DNA of 64,000 nt, from NCBI GenBank assembly GCA_012800355.1, contig JAAZJL010000031.1, forward strand, positions 8,596 through 72,595, given 5' to 3'. The DNA is from Erysipelotrichia bacterium (lineage in GTDB: Bacteria; Bacillota_I; Bacilli_A; Erysipelotrichales; Erysipelotrichaceae). The notes under the pieces are model-generated. The model was not told where the DNA came from, ran no database searches, and worked only from the letters and a program-made list of their open reading frames with translations. Below, in pieces: positions 18,325 through 28,004 of the stretch. The number at the start of each line of letters is the position of its first letter. Positions within the stretch are counted from its first letter, which is position 1. A program made the translations under genes and the position numbers.

Positions 18325-18992
18325 TGAAAAAAGTAGCATGTATTGGCAATTTCGATGGTGTCCATCAAGGACACCAATTATTAATTGAAAGAGTAGTGGA
18401 ATTAGCTAATAATAAGTTTATTCCTACTGTTATTACTTTTAATCCTGATCCTGAAATCATTTTTTCAAATAAAGAAAAAAAGTTTTTAACAACTTTAAAA
18501 CAAAAAAAAGATTATATGTATATGTTTGGAATAAAAGAGATTATTATTATACCTTTTACTAAAGAAGTTAGTTATATAAGTAAGGAAAAGTTTCTAGAAG
18601 AAGTTTTAAATAGATTAGATTTGGATACCTTAGTTTGTGGTAGAGACTTTACTTTCGGTCATAAAGGTGAGGGAAATTCAGATTATTTAACAAAATCAAA
18701 GAAAAAGAATTTTAAAGTTGAAATTATGGAGCATATATTATTTAAAGATGAAAAAATTAGTTCAACATTAATTAGTAATCTAATTAGTGAAGGAAATTTA
18801 GATTTAGCAAAAAAGTTATTAAATCATGATTATTACATTGAAGCATCTATACTAAACAATGAAATTAGTACAGAAAATATAATTCCTAAAAAAGGTGAAT
18901 ATAATGTTCTAATCAATTCTAAAAAGTATTTGTTAAAAGATAAAATTATCAAATATCCTGATAAAAAGAAAGTAAAGATTGTATTTATATAA
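18318..18992 (+). CDS. ribF: FAD synthetase (FMN adenylyltransferase) with a truncated, degenerate riboflavin-kinase domain
   Basis: 224 aa with GNFDGVHQGHQ and an N-terminal nucleotidyltransferase domain. Only about 55 residues follow it, and they lack the G-rich/PTAN kinase motif. An alternative start at ATG 18324 has better SD spacing. Confidence 0.8.
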   Translation: MVMKKVACIGNFDGVHQGHQLLIERVVELANNKFIPTVITFNPDPEIIFSNKEKKFLTTLKQKKDYMYMFGIKEIIIIPFTKEVSYISKEKFLEEVLNRLDLDTLVCGRDFTFGHKGEGNSDYLTKSKKKNFKVEIMEHILFKDEKISSTLISNLISEGNLDLAKKLLNHDYYIEASILNNEISTENIIPKKGEYNVLINSKKYLLKDKIIKYPDKKKVKIVFI

Positions 18993-19042
18993 AGTTTAAT
19001 TATCTAGATAAATGTGGTAATATATTGTGTGAGGTGAATTTT

Positions 19043-19369
19043 ATGGCTGATTATATCGTAGCAAAGAATCGTGAGCAAAATATTGGTATTATTGGTTTAT
19101 CTACAGCTGTTTTTGAATCAATAGCGGCGTTTTCATTAGAAGATATTAGTGGGATAAAAGTTGTCCCATCTACTAGATTTAAAAAGAATGTAACCTGTAA
19201 AGTCGAAGAAGGAAAAATTAATATTAATTTGAATGTTACAGTAAAAACAGGAAATAATATCAATGAAATTTGTAGAAAAGTACAAAAACATATCGTTAAT
19301 GTTATTGATAACATGACGGATTTTAATGATATTGTCGTTAATCTAGATGTAAGAGGTTTTTATATTTAG
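19043..19369 (+). CDS. Asp23/Gls24-family (alkaline shock-like) protein
   Basis: About 108 aa from ATG 19043 behind SD GAGGTGA. It has the family pattern and the same position before nusB as yqhY in Bacillus. Confidence 0.75.
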   Translation: MADYIVAKNREQNIGIIGLSTAVFESIAAFSLEDISGIKVVPSTRFKKNVTCKVEEGKININLNVTVKTGNNINEICRKVQKHIVNVIDNMTDFNDIVVNLDVRGFYI

Positions 19370-19375
19370 TTTTTT

Positions 19376-19753
19376 ATGACTAGACGCGAGCAAAGAATTC
19401 GTATTATGAACTGCATATATCAACATCTTTTAACTAAAAAAAAGATTGATGATATATTGGAAGATAATATCGATATAAATGATAAGGAATCAATTGAGTT
19501 TATAGTAACTAATACGATAGGAGTTATTGGTGAATTAGAGGCATTAGTAAAACAAATTGAACCATTATTAATTGACTATAGATTCAAAAGGTTAGGTTAT
19601 ATAGAACAAGCACTTTTATTATTATCTACCTATCAATTAAATTTAAAACAAATTGATAAACCTATTATAATTAATGAAGCTATTGAAATAGCAAAGATAT
19701 ATTGTGATGATGAGGCCCCAAGATTCATCAATGGAATATTGGATAGAATATGA
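19376..19753 (+). CDS. nusB: Transcription antitermination factor NusB
   Basis: 125 aa. The N-terminus MTRREQRIRIMNCIYQ matches the NusB pattern (M.RR.AR..A.Q.L), and the C-terminus is RFINGILDRI. Confidence 0.9.
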   Translation: MTRREQRIRIMNCIYQHLLTKKKIDDILEDNIDINDKESIEFIVTNTIGVIGELEALVKQIEPLLIDYRFKRLGYIEQALLLLSTYQLNLKQIDKPIIINEAIEIAKIYCDDEAPRFINGILDRI

Positions 19754-21069
19754 TGATTAATAATATTTGGACCATTAGTCAACTAGTTAGTTATATTAAA
19801 AATGAACTAACAAACAATATGACATTAAAAAATATCAGTATCCAAGGAGAGATTGGAAATTTTACTAATCATTACTCAGGGCACTGGTATTTTACTTTAA
19901 AAGATAAAGAGGCTCTTATTAATTGTGCTATGTTTAAAGGATATAATCAGCATTGCTTATTTATTCCTAAAAATGGTGATAAATTGATTGTCAATGGAAG
20001 TGTTAATGTTTTTGAAAAGCAGGGACAATTACAACTAATTGTTACCAGTATGAAGGAAGATGGTGAGGGTAATTTTTATATTCAGTTTGAAAAAACCAAG
20101 AAAAAACTTGAACCATTGGGATATTTTGATAGTAAATATAAAAAGGCGATACCAGAATTTCCAAATGAAATCGCCATCATCACTGGAGCAAATACAGCGG
20201 CTTTACAAGACATTTTAACGACTATAGCTAATCGTTGGCCAATTGTAAAAACAACCGAAATACACGCTTTGGTGCAAGGACAGCAAGCGATTGACTCAAT
20301 AATTGCTGCTATTAAAAAAGCTGATCAAACAACAGCTGATGTAATTATATTGGCAAGGGGTGGCGGTTCTATTGATGATTTATGGTGTTTTAATGATGAA
20401 AATATTGCCAAAGCAATTTTTGAATGTAAAAAACCAATAATAACTGGAATTGGTCATGAAATAGATTTTACAATTGCAGATTTAGTTGCTGATTTTCGTG
20501 CTCCTACACCAACTGCTGCTGCATCTAAAGCAACCCCAAATTATAAAGAAGTGTTAAGTAGTGTCAAAAAACTTGAAAATATTATTGTTCAAACCATTGA
20601 TAATGAAATAAATAGACATTATCAACTATTAGATTATTATGATAATAAATTATTGAACTATAGAAATGTTGTAAGTTATTATCAAATTGAAACTAATAAT
20701 TTATTAAAATTAACAGCTTTTACTTTAAAAAAGAAAAGTGAATTATATACCCAAAATATTAAAAATCAAGGAAAAATACTAGCATTATCTACTAAATCTT
20801 TAATTAAACATAACGATGATTATTTAAAAAACAGCTCATATTTACTTAAAAAATCACTTGATGATATATTACAGAAAAAAAAGATTAGACTATCTAAAAG
20901 CATAGATTTACTTGATTCATATTCACCACTAAAGACCTTACAGAGAGGTTATGTAGTTACTAGTCAAAATAATGTAATTGTTAAATCAATTAAAGATATT
21001 GATTACTTAGAGAATTTAGAAACGAGATTTGTTGATGGAATTATTACATCAAAACCAGTAAAGGAGTAG
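19750..21069 (+). CDS. xseA: Exodeoxyribonuclease VII large subunit
   Basis: 439 aa with an N-terminal OB fold and the core motif ARGGGSIDDLWCFNDE. ATGA overlap with nusB. Confidence 0.93.
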   Translation: MMINNIWTISQLVSYIKNELTNNMTLKNISIQGEIGNFTNHYSGHWYFTLKDKEALINCAMFKGYNQHCLFIPKNGDKLIVNGSVNVFEKQGQLQLIVTSMKEDGEGNFYIQFEKTKKKLEPLGYFDSKYKKAIPEFPNEIAIITGANTAALQDILTTIANRWPIVKTTEIHALVQGQQAIDSIIAAIKKADQTTADVIILARGGGSIDDLWCFNDENIAKAIFECKKPIITGIGHEIDFTIADLVADFRAPTPTAAASKATPNYKEVLSSVKKLENIIVQTIDNEINRHYQLLDYYDNKLLNYRNVVSYYQIETNNLLKLTAFTLKKKSELYTQNIKNQGKILALSTKSLIKHNDDYLKNSSYLLKKSLDDILQKKKIRLSKSIDLLDSYSPLKTLQRGYVVTSQNNVIVKSIKDIDYLENLETRFVDGIITSKPVKE

Positions 21070-21072
21070 TTT

Positions 21073-21276
21073 ATGAAAGAAGAATTAACATTTGAACAAG
21101 CTTTTAAAAGATTAAATGAAATAACAGAAATTATCCAAAGAAACGAGTGTACTTTAGATGAAGGTTTTGCTTTATTTGAAGAAGGTTTAAAACTTTCAAA
21201 GTTTTGCAGTGAAAAACTATCTTTCTTTGAAGAAAAGTTTGAAGAACTAACAAAGGATAAGAACAATGAGGAATAA
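21073..21276 (+). CDS. xseB: Exodeoxyribonuclease VII small subunit
   Basis: 67 aa with the FEQAFKRLNEI...LDEGFALFEEG pattern. SD AAAGGAG. Confidence 0.9.
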   Translation: MKEELTFEQAFKRLNEITEIIQRNECTLDEGFALFEEGLKLSKFCSEKLSFFEEKFEELTKDKNNEE

Positions 21277-22102
21277 TTTTGAGAATTATTTAAAATCATT
21301 AATTTCTGAAAATTACATTGTCGAAGAAGCAATGAACTATTCACTGTTAGCTAAAAGCAAAAGATTAAGACCACTTTTATTATTAACAGTTTTAAAAGAT
21401 CTGGATATTAATTATACGGATGGTTTTGCTTGTGCAAGTGCTATTGAGATGATTCATACTTATTCCTTAATTCATGATGATTTACCTGCTTTTGATAATG
21501 ATGATTACCGAAGAGGAAAATTAACTAATCATAAAATGTACAATGAACAAATTGCTATATTAGCTGGTGATGCTCTATTGACATTTGCTTTTGAAACAGT
21601 GATAAATAGCGATTATAATAATGATGTTAAAGTTAAATTAATTAATTATATTTCTAACTATGCTGGTAAAGAAGGAATGATAAAAGGTCAGCAATTTGAT
21701 ATTGATTACGAAAATAAAACAGTTGATATTGAACAATTAACAAATATGCAGATATTAAAAACAGGCAAGTTAATTGCGTTACCTTTAATTTGTGGTTTAA
21801 TTATTGCAAATAAAGAAAAATATATTGATGTTTTCATTAATGTTGGATTAAAATTGGGATTAGCTTTTCAAATTCAAGACGATATTTTGGATGTAACTGC
21901 CAATTTTGAAACCTTAGGAAAAAAAACTAAATCAGATGAATATAATAAAAAGAGCACATTTGTTACATTATTAGGTTTAGAAAAAGCCAAAGAAACTTTT
22001 AAAACTATTTATAGCGAAATATACGATATTTTTGATAGTTTAGATATTGATTTTAAAGAAACTAGAGAATTAATTGCCTCAATGGAAAATAGAAACTGGT
22101 AA
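21266..22102 (+). CDS. ispA: (2E,6E)-farnesyl diphosphate synthase
   Basis: Aspartate-rich motifs HDDLPAFDNDDYRRG and QIQDDILD. Confidence 0.9.
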   Translation: MRNNFENYLKSLISENYIVEEAMNYSLLAKSKRLRPLLLLTVLKDLDINYTDGFACASAIEMIHTYSLIHDDLPAFDNDDYRRGKLTNHKMYNEQIAILAGDALLTFAFETVINSDYNNDVKVKLINYISNYAGKEGMIKGQQFDIDYENKTVDIEQLTNMQILKTGKLIALPLICGLIIANKEKYIDVFINVGLKLGLAFQIQDDILDVTANFETLGKKTKSDEYNKKSTFVTLLGLEKAKETFKTIYSEIYDIFDSLDIDFKETRELIASMENRNW

Positions 22103-22105
22103 TTT

Positions 22106-22834
22106 ATGAGATTAGATTTATATCTTGTTGAAAAAAAATATTTCACTACTAGAAGTAAGGCAGCTTTAGCTATTAAAGAAAAAAACGTCAAAGTTAATGG
22201 GAATTTAATAACTAAAGCTGGTTTTATAGTGTCTGAAGATGATGTAATTGAAATAAAACAGAATATAAATAATTTTATCAGTAGAGGTGGATATAAATTA
22301 TTACATGCCTTACAATACTTTAATATTGATCTGACAGATAAAATTGTGTTAGATATAGGAGCTTCAACAGGAGGCTTTACTGATTGTTGTTTACAGAATA
22401 ATGCCAAAAAAGTGTATGCTTATGATGTAGGTCATTCTCAACTAGATAAGTCTTTATTAAATGATAGCAGAGTAGTGGAAAAAGAAAGAATTAACTGTCG
22501 TTATTTAACAAAAAACGATTTCAAAGATACTATTGATTTTATTTGTATGGATGTTTCTTTTATCAGTTGTACAAAGATGTTTGAAGCTATTTCCAATGTT
22601 TTAGATTACAGTAAAGAAATAGTAGTTTTATTTAAACCACAATTTGAAGTTGGTAGTGATTATCTAAATAGACAAGGTATTGTAATAAATGATAAAATAA
22701 TAGAAGTTAGATTGAGTGAAACAATAGAGTATGCAAAAACATTTAACTTAAAATTTATTGATAAAATTATCTCTCCTATAAAAGGAAAAGATGGCAATAA
22801 AGAGTACTTATTATATTTCAAAAAGATTAATTAA
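22106..22834 (+). CDS. tlyA: TlyA-family rRNA 2'-O-methyltransferase (S4 domain + FtsJ-like MTase)
   Basis: 242 aa with an S4 N-terminus (RLDLYLVEK..SRSKA), GGYKL and the SAM motif LDIGASTGGFTD. Confidence 0.88.
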   Translation: MRLDLYLVEKKYFTTRSKAALAIKEKNVKVNGNLITKAGFIVSEDDVIEIKQNINNFISRGGYKLLHALQYFNIDLTDKIVLDIGASTGGFTDCCLQNNAKKVYAYDVGHSQLDKSLLNDSRVVEKERINCRYLTKNDFKDTIDFICMDVSFISCTKMFEAISNVLDYSKEIVVLFKPQFEVGSDYLNRQGIVINDKIIEVRLSETIEYAKTFNLKFIDKIISPIKGKDGNKEYLLYFKKIN

Positions 22835-22844
22835 AGGAGAAATT

Positions 22845-24494
22845 ATGTTATATAATTTATACATTAAAGACTTTATATTAATAGACGAATTAAACATTGA
22901 TTTCATGGATGATTTCAGTGTTTTTACCGGTGAAACAGGAGCGGGTAAAAGTATCTTTATTGATTGTATTGGTTGTTTAATTGGTGATCAATTAAATGTT
23001 TCAATGATTAGAAAAGATTGTGACAAAACAATTATTGAAGGAAGTTTTGAAATTGATAATAATTTAAAAACTAAACTTAAGGAAGCAGGTTATGATGATG
23101 AATCATTTATTGTCACAAGAGAGATAGGGCTAGATGGTAGAAGTATAACAAGGCTAAATCAAAGAAACACTACTTTATCCTTTGTAAAAGAGTGTTTAGA
23201 AGATTATGTTGATATTCACTGTCAGCATGATAATCAATATTTATTAAATGATAAATATCACCTAAATTTATTAGATCAGTATTGTCAATTTGATGATAAT
23301 CTCAATAATTTAGCTATTCTTTATAAAGAATACAATAATTTAGAAAAAGAATACGAGAAGTTAATTTCAACTACTTTTAATCAAGCACAACTGGAAATAA
23401 TTGAATATCAACTAAAAGAAATCGATAATTTAAATATTGATAATGTTGAAGAGGATATAGAAATTCAAAGTAAGCTAAAAGCAATTTCAGAATTTGAAAA
23501 GCAACAAAAAAATATTGAAGAGATAAAAGAATTATTTACTGAGGATGGAATATTAGATAAACTGTATTACTTTACAAAGTTATCTCATAATTTATCAAAT
23601 TTTGAAGATATTCAAACTAATATAGAAAATATTATTAATAGTTATTATTCAATAACAGATGATTATGAAACAATTTTAAGTAAACTTGACCTTAATACTA
23701 TATCAGCAGAAGAAATAGATTTCTTAAATAGCCGTTTATTTGATTTGCAGAGAATTAAACGAAAATATAATTCTTCTTTAAAAGAATTGTTAGAAATAAA
23801 AGAAGATTTAAGCAATCAATTAGAAGCATATAATAATAAAGAGTTTATTCTTTCCAAATTGTTAAAAGAAAAAGATGAAGCTTATAAAAAATATTATGAA
23901 TATGCTACAGAAATAAGTAAAATCAGAAAAAACAATGCTTTAAAATTACAAAAGGAAATTTTAAACGAATTAAAAGATTTATCTTTGGAAAATGCAAGAT
24001 TTGAAGTTTTATTTGAAGAAAATAAACCAACTTCTAAAGGTATTGATTTAGTTAAGTTTATGATATCTATGAATACTGGGATGCCACTTCAACCATTAAA
24101 TAAAGTTGCCTCAGGTGGTGAATTATCAAGATTAATGTTGGGATTAAAAGTAATTTTCGCTAAACTTCAAGGTACGAAATTGATTATATTTGATGAAATT
24201 GATGCTGGAGTAAGTGGTTATGTGGCTTTGAATATCGGTGTGAAAATGGCAAAATTAGCTAAAGATATTCAAGTGTTTAGTGTTACCCATTTACCAAGTG
24301 TGGCAGCATGTGGTAAATATCACTATTTAATCAGCAAGACACAAACTGAAAGAAGCACTAGTTCAACAGTAGAACAAATTAGTAAAGAGAAACGTATTGA
24401 ACAATTATCAATCTTATCAAGTTCAACTATTTCTAAAACTAGTTTAAGCGCTGCTGAAGAACTACTAGAAAAGGCCCAAAGACTATGCAGGTAG
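22845..24494 (+). CDS. recN: DNA repair protein RecN
   Basis: Walker A GETGAGKS, signature SGGELSR and Walker B IFDEIDAG. The start is moved to ATG 22845 behind SD AAAGGAG, because the ORF-track start 22791 overlaps tlyA. Confidence 0.93.
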   Translation: MLYNLYIKDFILIDELNIDFMDDFSVFTGETGAGKSIFIDCIGCLIGDQLNVSMIRKDCDKTIIEGSFEIDNNLKTKLKEAGYDDESFIVTREIGLDGRSITRLNQRNTTLSFVKECLEDYVDIHCQHDNQYLLNDKYHLNLLDQYCQFDDNLNNLAILYKEYNNLEKEYEKLISTTFNQAQLEIIEYQLKEIDNLNIDNVEEDIEIQSKLKAISEFEKQQKNIEEIKELFTEDGILDKLYYFTKLSHNLSNFEDIQTNIENIINSYYSITDDYETILSKLDLNTISAEEIDFLNSRLFDLQRIKRKYNSSLKELLEIKEDLSNQLEAYNNKEFILSKLLKEKDEAYKKYYEYATEISKIRKNNALKLQKEILNELKDLSLENARFEVLFEENKPTSKGIDLVKFMISMNTGMPLQPLNKVASGGELSRLMLGLKVIFAKLQGTKLIIFDEIDAGVSGYVALNIGVKMAKLAKDIQVFSVTHLPSVAACGKYHYLISKTQTERSTSSTVEQISKEKRIEQLSILSSSTISKTSLSAAEELLEKAQRLCR

Positions 24495-25393
24495 ATCACG
24501 CAATAGAAAATTACCTTTATCATATCCAGGTAATTGAACAAAAGCCTCTTTCAACAGTAAAATCATATAAAAACGATTTAAAGAAATATCAAAAATATCT
24601 TAAAGAGTTAAATATTATCAATATTGAAGAGGTAGATAGTTTAATATTATTGGATTTTATTACTTCACAAAATCATTTAGCGAAAAGTTCTCAAGCTCAC
24701 TTACTTACATCAATTAAAAATTTATATAATTACTTATTTATTAATCATAATATTAATAATGAAGTATGTAATCTTTCTATAAAAATGAGCAAAACTAACT
24801 TACCATCATTTCTATCGTTTGATGAAGTACAGTTAATCTTAAATAGTTTCGATGAAAATGAAGAAAAGGAATTATTTGAAAGATTAATGATTCAACTTAT
24901 TTTTGTAAGTGGAGCAAGAGTGTCTGAAGTCTGTGATTTAAATGTAAAACAAGTCAATATTACTCATAAATTATTGAGAATTATTGGTAAGGGAAATAAA
25001 GAAAGGATTGTCTTAATTGACAACGATACAGCTAAAAGATTGGAGTTCTATTATAGTAATATCCGTGTGAAATGGTTGAAAGGAAAAGACAGTAATTATT
25101 TTTTTGTAAATAATGTGGGAAAAAAAGTAAATAGACAATATATTTATAAAATTGTCAAAAGAAAACAACAGGAATTAGGTATAAAAAAAGAAATTTCACC
25201 ACATACATTTAGACATTCATTTGCTACCCATTTATTAGATAGTGAAGTTGATTTAAGAAGTGTTCAAGAACTTTTGGGTCATTCTGATATTTCAACAACT
25301 CAAATATATACTCATATTCAAAACAAACAACTAAAACAAGCTTATATGAAATTAAAAAGAGCTAACAAGGAGATTAAAGATGAAAAAATATAA
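24485..25393 (+). CDS. xerD: Tyrosine recombinase XerD (XerC/XerD family)
   Basis: 302 aa with catalytic residues in [22 protein letters not shown] and [14 protein letters not shown]. The xerD rather than xerC call rests on Bacillus-like synteny (ripX near drm/deoB). Confidence 0.85.
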   Translation: MQVDHAIENYLYHIQVIEQKPLSTVKSYKNDLKKYQKYLKELNIINIEEVDSLILLDFITSQNHLAKSSQAHLLTSIKNLYNYLFINHNINNEVCNLSIKMSKTNLPSFLSFDEVQLILNSFDENEEKELFERLMIQLIFVSGARVSEVCDLNVKQVNITHKLLRIIGKGNKERIVLIDNDTAKRLEFYYSNIRVKWLKGKDSNYFFVNNVGKKVNRQYIYKIVKRKQQELGIKKEISPHTFRHSFATHLLDSEVDLRSVQELLGHSDISTTQIYTHIQNKQLKQAYMKLKRANKEIKDEKI

Positions 25394-26561
25394 AAGAATT
25401 TTTGTGATTGTTATGGACTCATTGGGAGTAGGACAAGCAAATGATGCTCACTTATATGGAGATTCTGGAGCAGATACTTTTGGAAACATAGCTAAAAACT
25501 ATCAATTAAGCATTCCAAACTTGCAAAAATTAGGGATTAGTAATTTACACCCATTAAAAGGTGTTGGAAAAGTTGGAAATCCACTAGGTTATTACAATGT
25601 ATTACACGAATCAAGTGTCGGAAAAGATACTTTAACAGGACATTGGGAGTTAATGGGACTACATGTTGATACACCTTTTGTTGTTTTTACTGATACTGGA
25701 TTTCCAAAAGAATTATTAGATGAATTATCAGAAAAAACAGGTCATGGATGGATAGGAAACTATTCTGCAAGTGGAACTGAAATAATAAAAGAATTAGGAG
25801 AAGAGCATATAAAAACTGGAAAAATGATAGTTTATACTTCAGCTGATTCTGTTTTACAGATTGCTTGCCATGAAAATTATTTTGGTCTAAATGAATTATA
25901 TAGATGTTGTGAAATTGCCAGAGAAATAACTATGACACCACAATGGAGAGTAGGACGTATTATTGCAAGACCTTTTGTAGGTGAAACAGCTGAAACATTT
26001 AAGCGTACTGCTAATAGACACGATTATGCTATTTCTCCTTATGATGAAACAGTATTAGATTTCTTAAAAGAAGCTAATTATGATGTTATTTCTGTAGGTA
26101 AAATCAATGACATTTTCTCAGGATGTGGAATTACTGAAGCCTTAAAATCTAAAAGTAATGCTGAAGGAATGGAAATTACAATAGTTCAAACAGAAAAAGA
26201 CTTTACAGGTGTATGTTTTACAAATTTAGTAGATTTTGATGCATTATGGGGTCATAGAAGAAACGTTGAAGGATATGCTAAGGAAATTGAATTATTCGAT
26301 AGTTATTTAGGACAACTAATGGAAAAAATAAATGAAGATGATTTGATTATTTTAACAGCCGACCATGGTAATGATCCAACTTGGCATGGTACAGATCATA
26401 CTAGAGAATCAGTTCCAATGCTTGCTTATAGTAAATCATTTACTAATTCTGGAAGACTAGAAGATGGTAGAACATTTGCTAATGTAGGTGCTACAATTGC
26501 CGATAACTTTAATATAAAATCTACGGGTCATGGAACATCTTTCTTAGATAAATTGGTGTAA
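25380..26561 (+). CDS. deoB: Phosphopentomutase
   Basis: 393 aa with VMDSLGVGQ and [17 protein letters not shown]. Confidence 0.93.
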   Translation: MKKYKRIFVIVMDSLGVGQANDAHLYGDSGADTFGNIAKNYQLSIPNLQKLGISNLHPLKGVGKVGNPLGYYNVLHESSVGKDTLTGHWELMGLHVDTPFVVFTDTGFPKELLDELSEKTGHGWIGNYSASGTEIIKELGEEHIKTGKMIVYTSADSVLQIACHENYFGLNELYRCCEIAREITMTPQWRVGRIIARPFVGETAETFKRTANRHDYAISPYDETVLDFLKEANYDVISVGKINDIFSGCGITEALKSKSNAEGMEITIVQTEKDFTGVCFTNLVDFDALWGHRRNVEGYAKEIELFDSYLGQLMEKINEDDLIILTADHGNDPTWHGTDHTRESVPMLAYSKSFTNSGRLEDGRTFANVGATIADNFNIKSTGHGTSFLDKLV

Positions 26562-26563
26562 AA

Positions 26564-27208
26564 ATGAAAGAAAAGAATGTATTACAATTTTATGTTCTTT
26601 GTAATCGATTAAAACATCTTATTCGAAGTGGTTGGATTGCTTGGAATGTAAAAAAAGAGAGAGTAGAGTCAGTAGCAGAACATATATATTCAACTCAAAT
26701 GTTAGCAATAGCCATGTATTCTGAGTTTAATTATGATATAGATTTAGAAAAAGTCTTAAAAATGTTGGCAATTCATGAATTAGAAGAAACAATAATTGGT
26801 GATTTTACACCGTTTCAACTAGATCAAGAAAAGAAACAAGAAATGGGTCACAAAGCCATTTTAAAGGCGTTACAGCCACTTTCTGACAAACAGCATTGGA
26901 TTGACTTAATAATGGAATTTGATGCTAGAAAAACAAAAGAAGCAGTTTTTGCTTATCAATGTGATAAATTGGAATGTGATTTACAAGCTAAACTATATGA
27001 TGAGGAAAACTACGTTGACTTAAATAACCAGGAGAATAATAAAACTATAGAAGATGAAAATGTAAAAGAATTACTAGAAAAAGGGTATAGTTGGTCTCAA
27101 ATGTGGATTAAAAATGATCTCAACAAAATAAACTTTGATGAAAATTTTAGAAAAGTTAACGAGTATGCTTTTTATAATAAAATCAGTGATTTAGAAGAAG
27201 ATAAGTAA
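26564..27208 (+). CDS. HD-superfamily hydrolase, YfbR-like 5'-(deoxy)nucleotidase family
   Basis: 214 aa with ESVAEHIYSTQ and LAIHELEETIIGD. The family's H...HD...D pattern is present, but the dyad reads H-E. Confidence 0.7.
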   Translation: MKEKNVLQFYVLCNRLKHLIRSGWIAWNVKKERVESVAEHIYSTQMLAIAMYSEFNYDIDLEKVLKMLAIHELEETIIGDFTPFQLDQEKKQEMGHKAILKALQPLSDKQHWIDLIMEFDARKTKEAVFAYQCDKLECDLQAKLYDEENYVDLNNQENNKTIEDENVKELLEKGYSWSQMWIKNDLNKINFDENFRKVNEYAFYNKISDLEEDK

Positions 27209-27601
27209 AGTAAACATTTAATTGTTAGATATTTCACAAGTTTATTATCTACCGTAAAATATCATAAAAGAATTATTTAATTATATTTTCTTAACATAAA
27301 TTTTTATTAATTATCTTCAATTGAATTTATTAATAATAAAATATGAGATGTATAAAGTTTAACAGATATTTATAATTGATTAATAAAGTATTAATGATTT
27401 AAATATTAATCTTTAGATTTAAGTATTTCTTTGTAATTTAAAATTAAATGCAAAAAAGTTAATAATGGTGAATAAAATGATGTTTTTGCATTCTATAAAC
27501 TGTAAGTAAGGCATACGTTAATATTAATTAGCTCATATATGGTCAATATTTCATCTTATATAACTCATTTCAATTAAATTTATCATATTATTAACCTATA
27601 A

Positions 27602-27629
27602 AAATAACATAATATACATTATGCGAAGT
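27602..27629. other. dif: dif site (XerC/XerD chromosome-dimer resolution site)
   Basis: AAATAACATAA-TATACA-TTATGCGAAGT. Its reverse complement ACTTCGCATAA-TGTATA-TTATGTTATTT matches E. coli dif at 23/28 positions (central 6/6) and B. subtilis dif at 21/28. It lies at the gene-orientation switch, in a 442-bp non-coding convergent spacer. Confidence 0.8.
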
Positions 27630-27641
27630 TAAATCAATAAG

Positions 27642-27668
27642 AAAAAGTCATTATTTATGACTTTTTTT
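27642..27668. terminator. Bidirectional rho-independent terminator closing the nrnA-dnaE-TCS operon, 12 nt from dif
   Basis: AAAAAGTCAT-TATTT-ATGACTTTTT is a stem of up to 10 bp with an A-run on one side and T7 on the other. The stop codon of the minus-strand gene lies inside it. Confidence 0.8.
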
Positions 27669-27992
27669 CTTTGTTTTACTCTCTTCATATTTTATAAAAT
27701 TATAGAAATTTATTAGAATTACCATTAATTCCATTGTTATAAAGCTTATAATTAATCCTAAAATATTCAAAAATCCATTATTAAATATGAATAATGATAC
27801 TGCTACAACAATATATATTACTATTAAAAAATTATAATCTTCATGTCCTTTATAATTTGATTTACACTTCAAACAACTTATATTATTTTTTTCTTTTTTC
27901 TTTTCTAAATTTGATCCACAGTTTGGACATTTATTCATAAATTTTAATTCATAAAATTGTTTAAATTTATTTTTCTTTAACATTTTATTCAC
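27651..27992 (-). CDS. Zinc-ribbon membrane protein of unknown function
   Basis: 113 aa with CPNC...(13)...CLKC followed by two hydrophobic helices. It starts 12 nt after the histidine kinase stop. The start codon is uncertain (GTG 27992 or ATG 27983). Confidence 0.6.
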   Translation of the reverse strand: MNKMLKKNKFKQFYELKFMNKCPNCGSNLEKKKEKNNISCLKCKSNYKGHEDYNFLIVIYIVVAVSLFIFNNGFLNILGLIISFITMELMVILINFYNFIKYEESKTKKKSHK

Positions 27993-28004
27993 TTCTACTC
28001 TTTT

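Noticed and set aside
21003-21344. 113-aa minus-strand ORF spanning the xseA/xseB/ispA junctions, and a 132-aa ORF at 22009-22407 spanning ispA/tlyA.
   Set aside because: They are antisense to three well-supported, translationally coupled genes, and their sequence resembles no known family.
27289-27299. TCTTAACATAA, a 9/11 match to the XerD-binding arm of dif. It lies 313 bp left of the real site in the same orientation, which could be a second dif left by an integrated IMEX element.
   Set aside because: The adjacent central region and XerC arm (ATTTTT ATTAATTATCT) do not resemble dif. A 9-mer of this composition is expected by chance a few times in 64 kb of this AT content. No cargo genes lie between the two sites.
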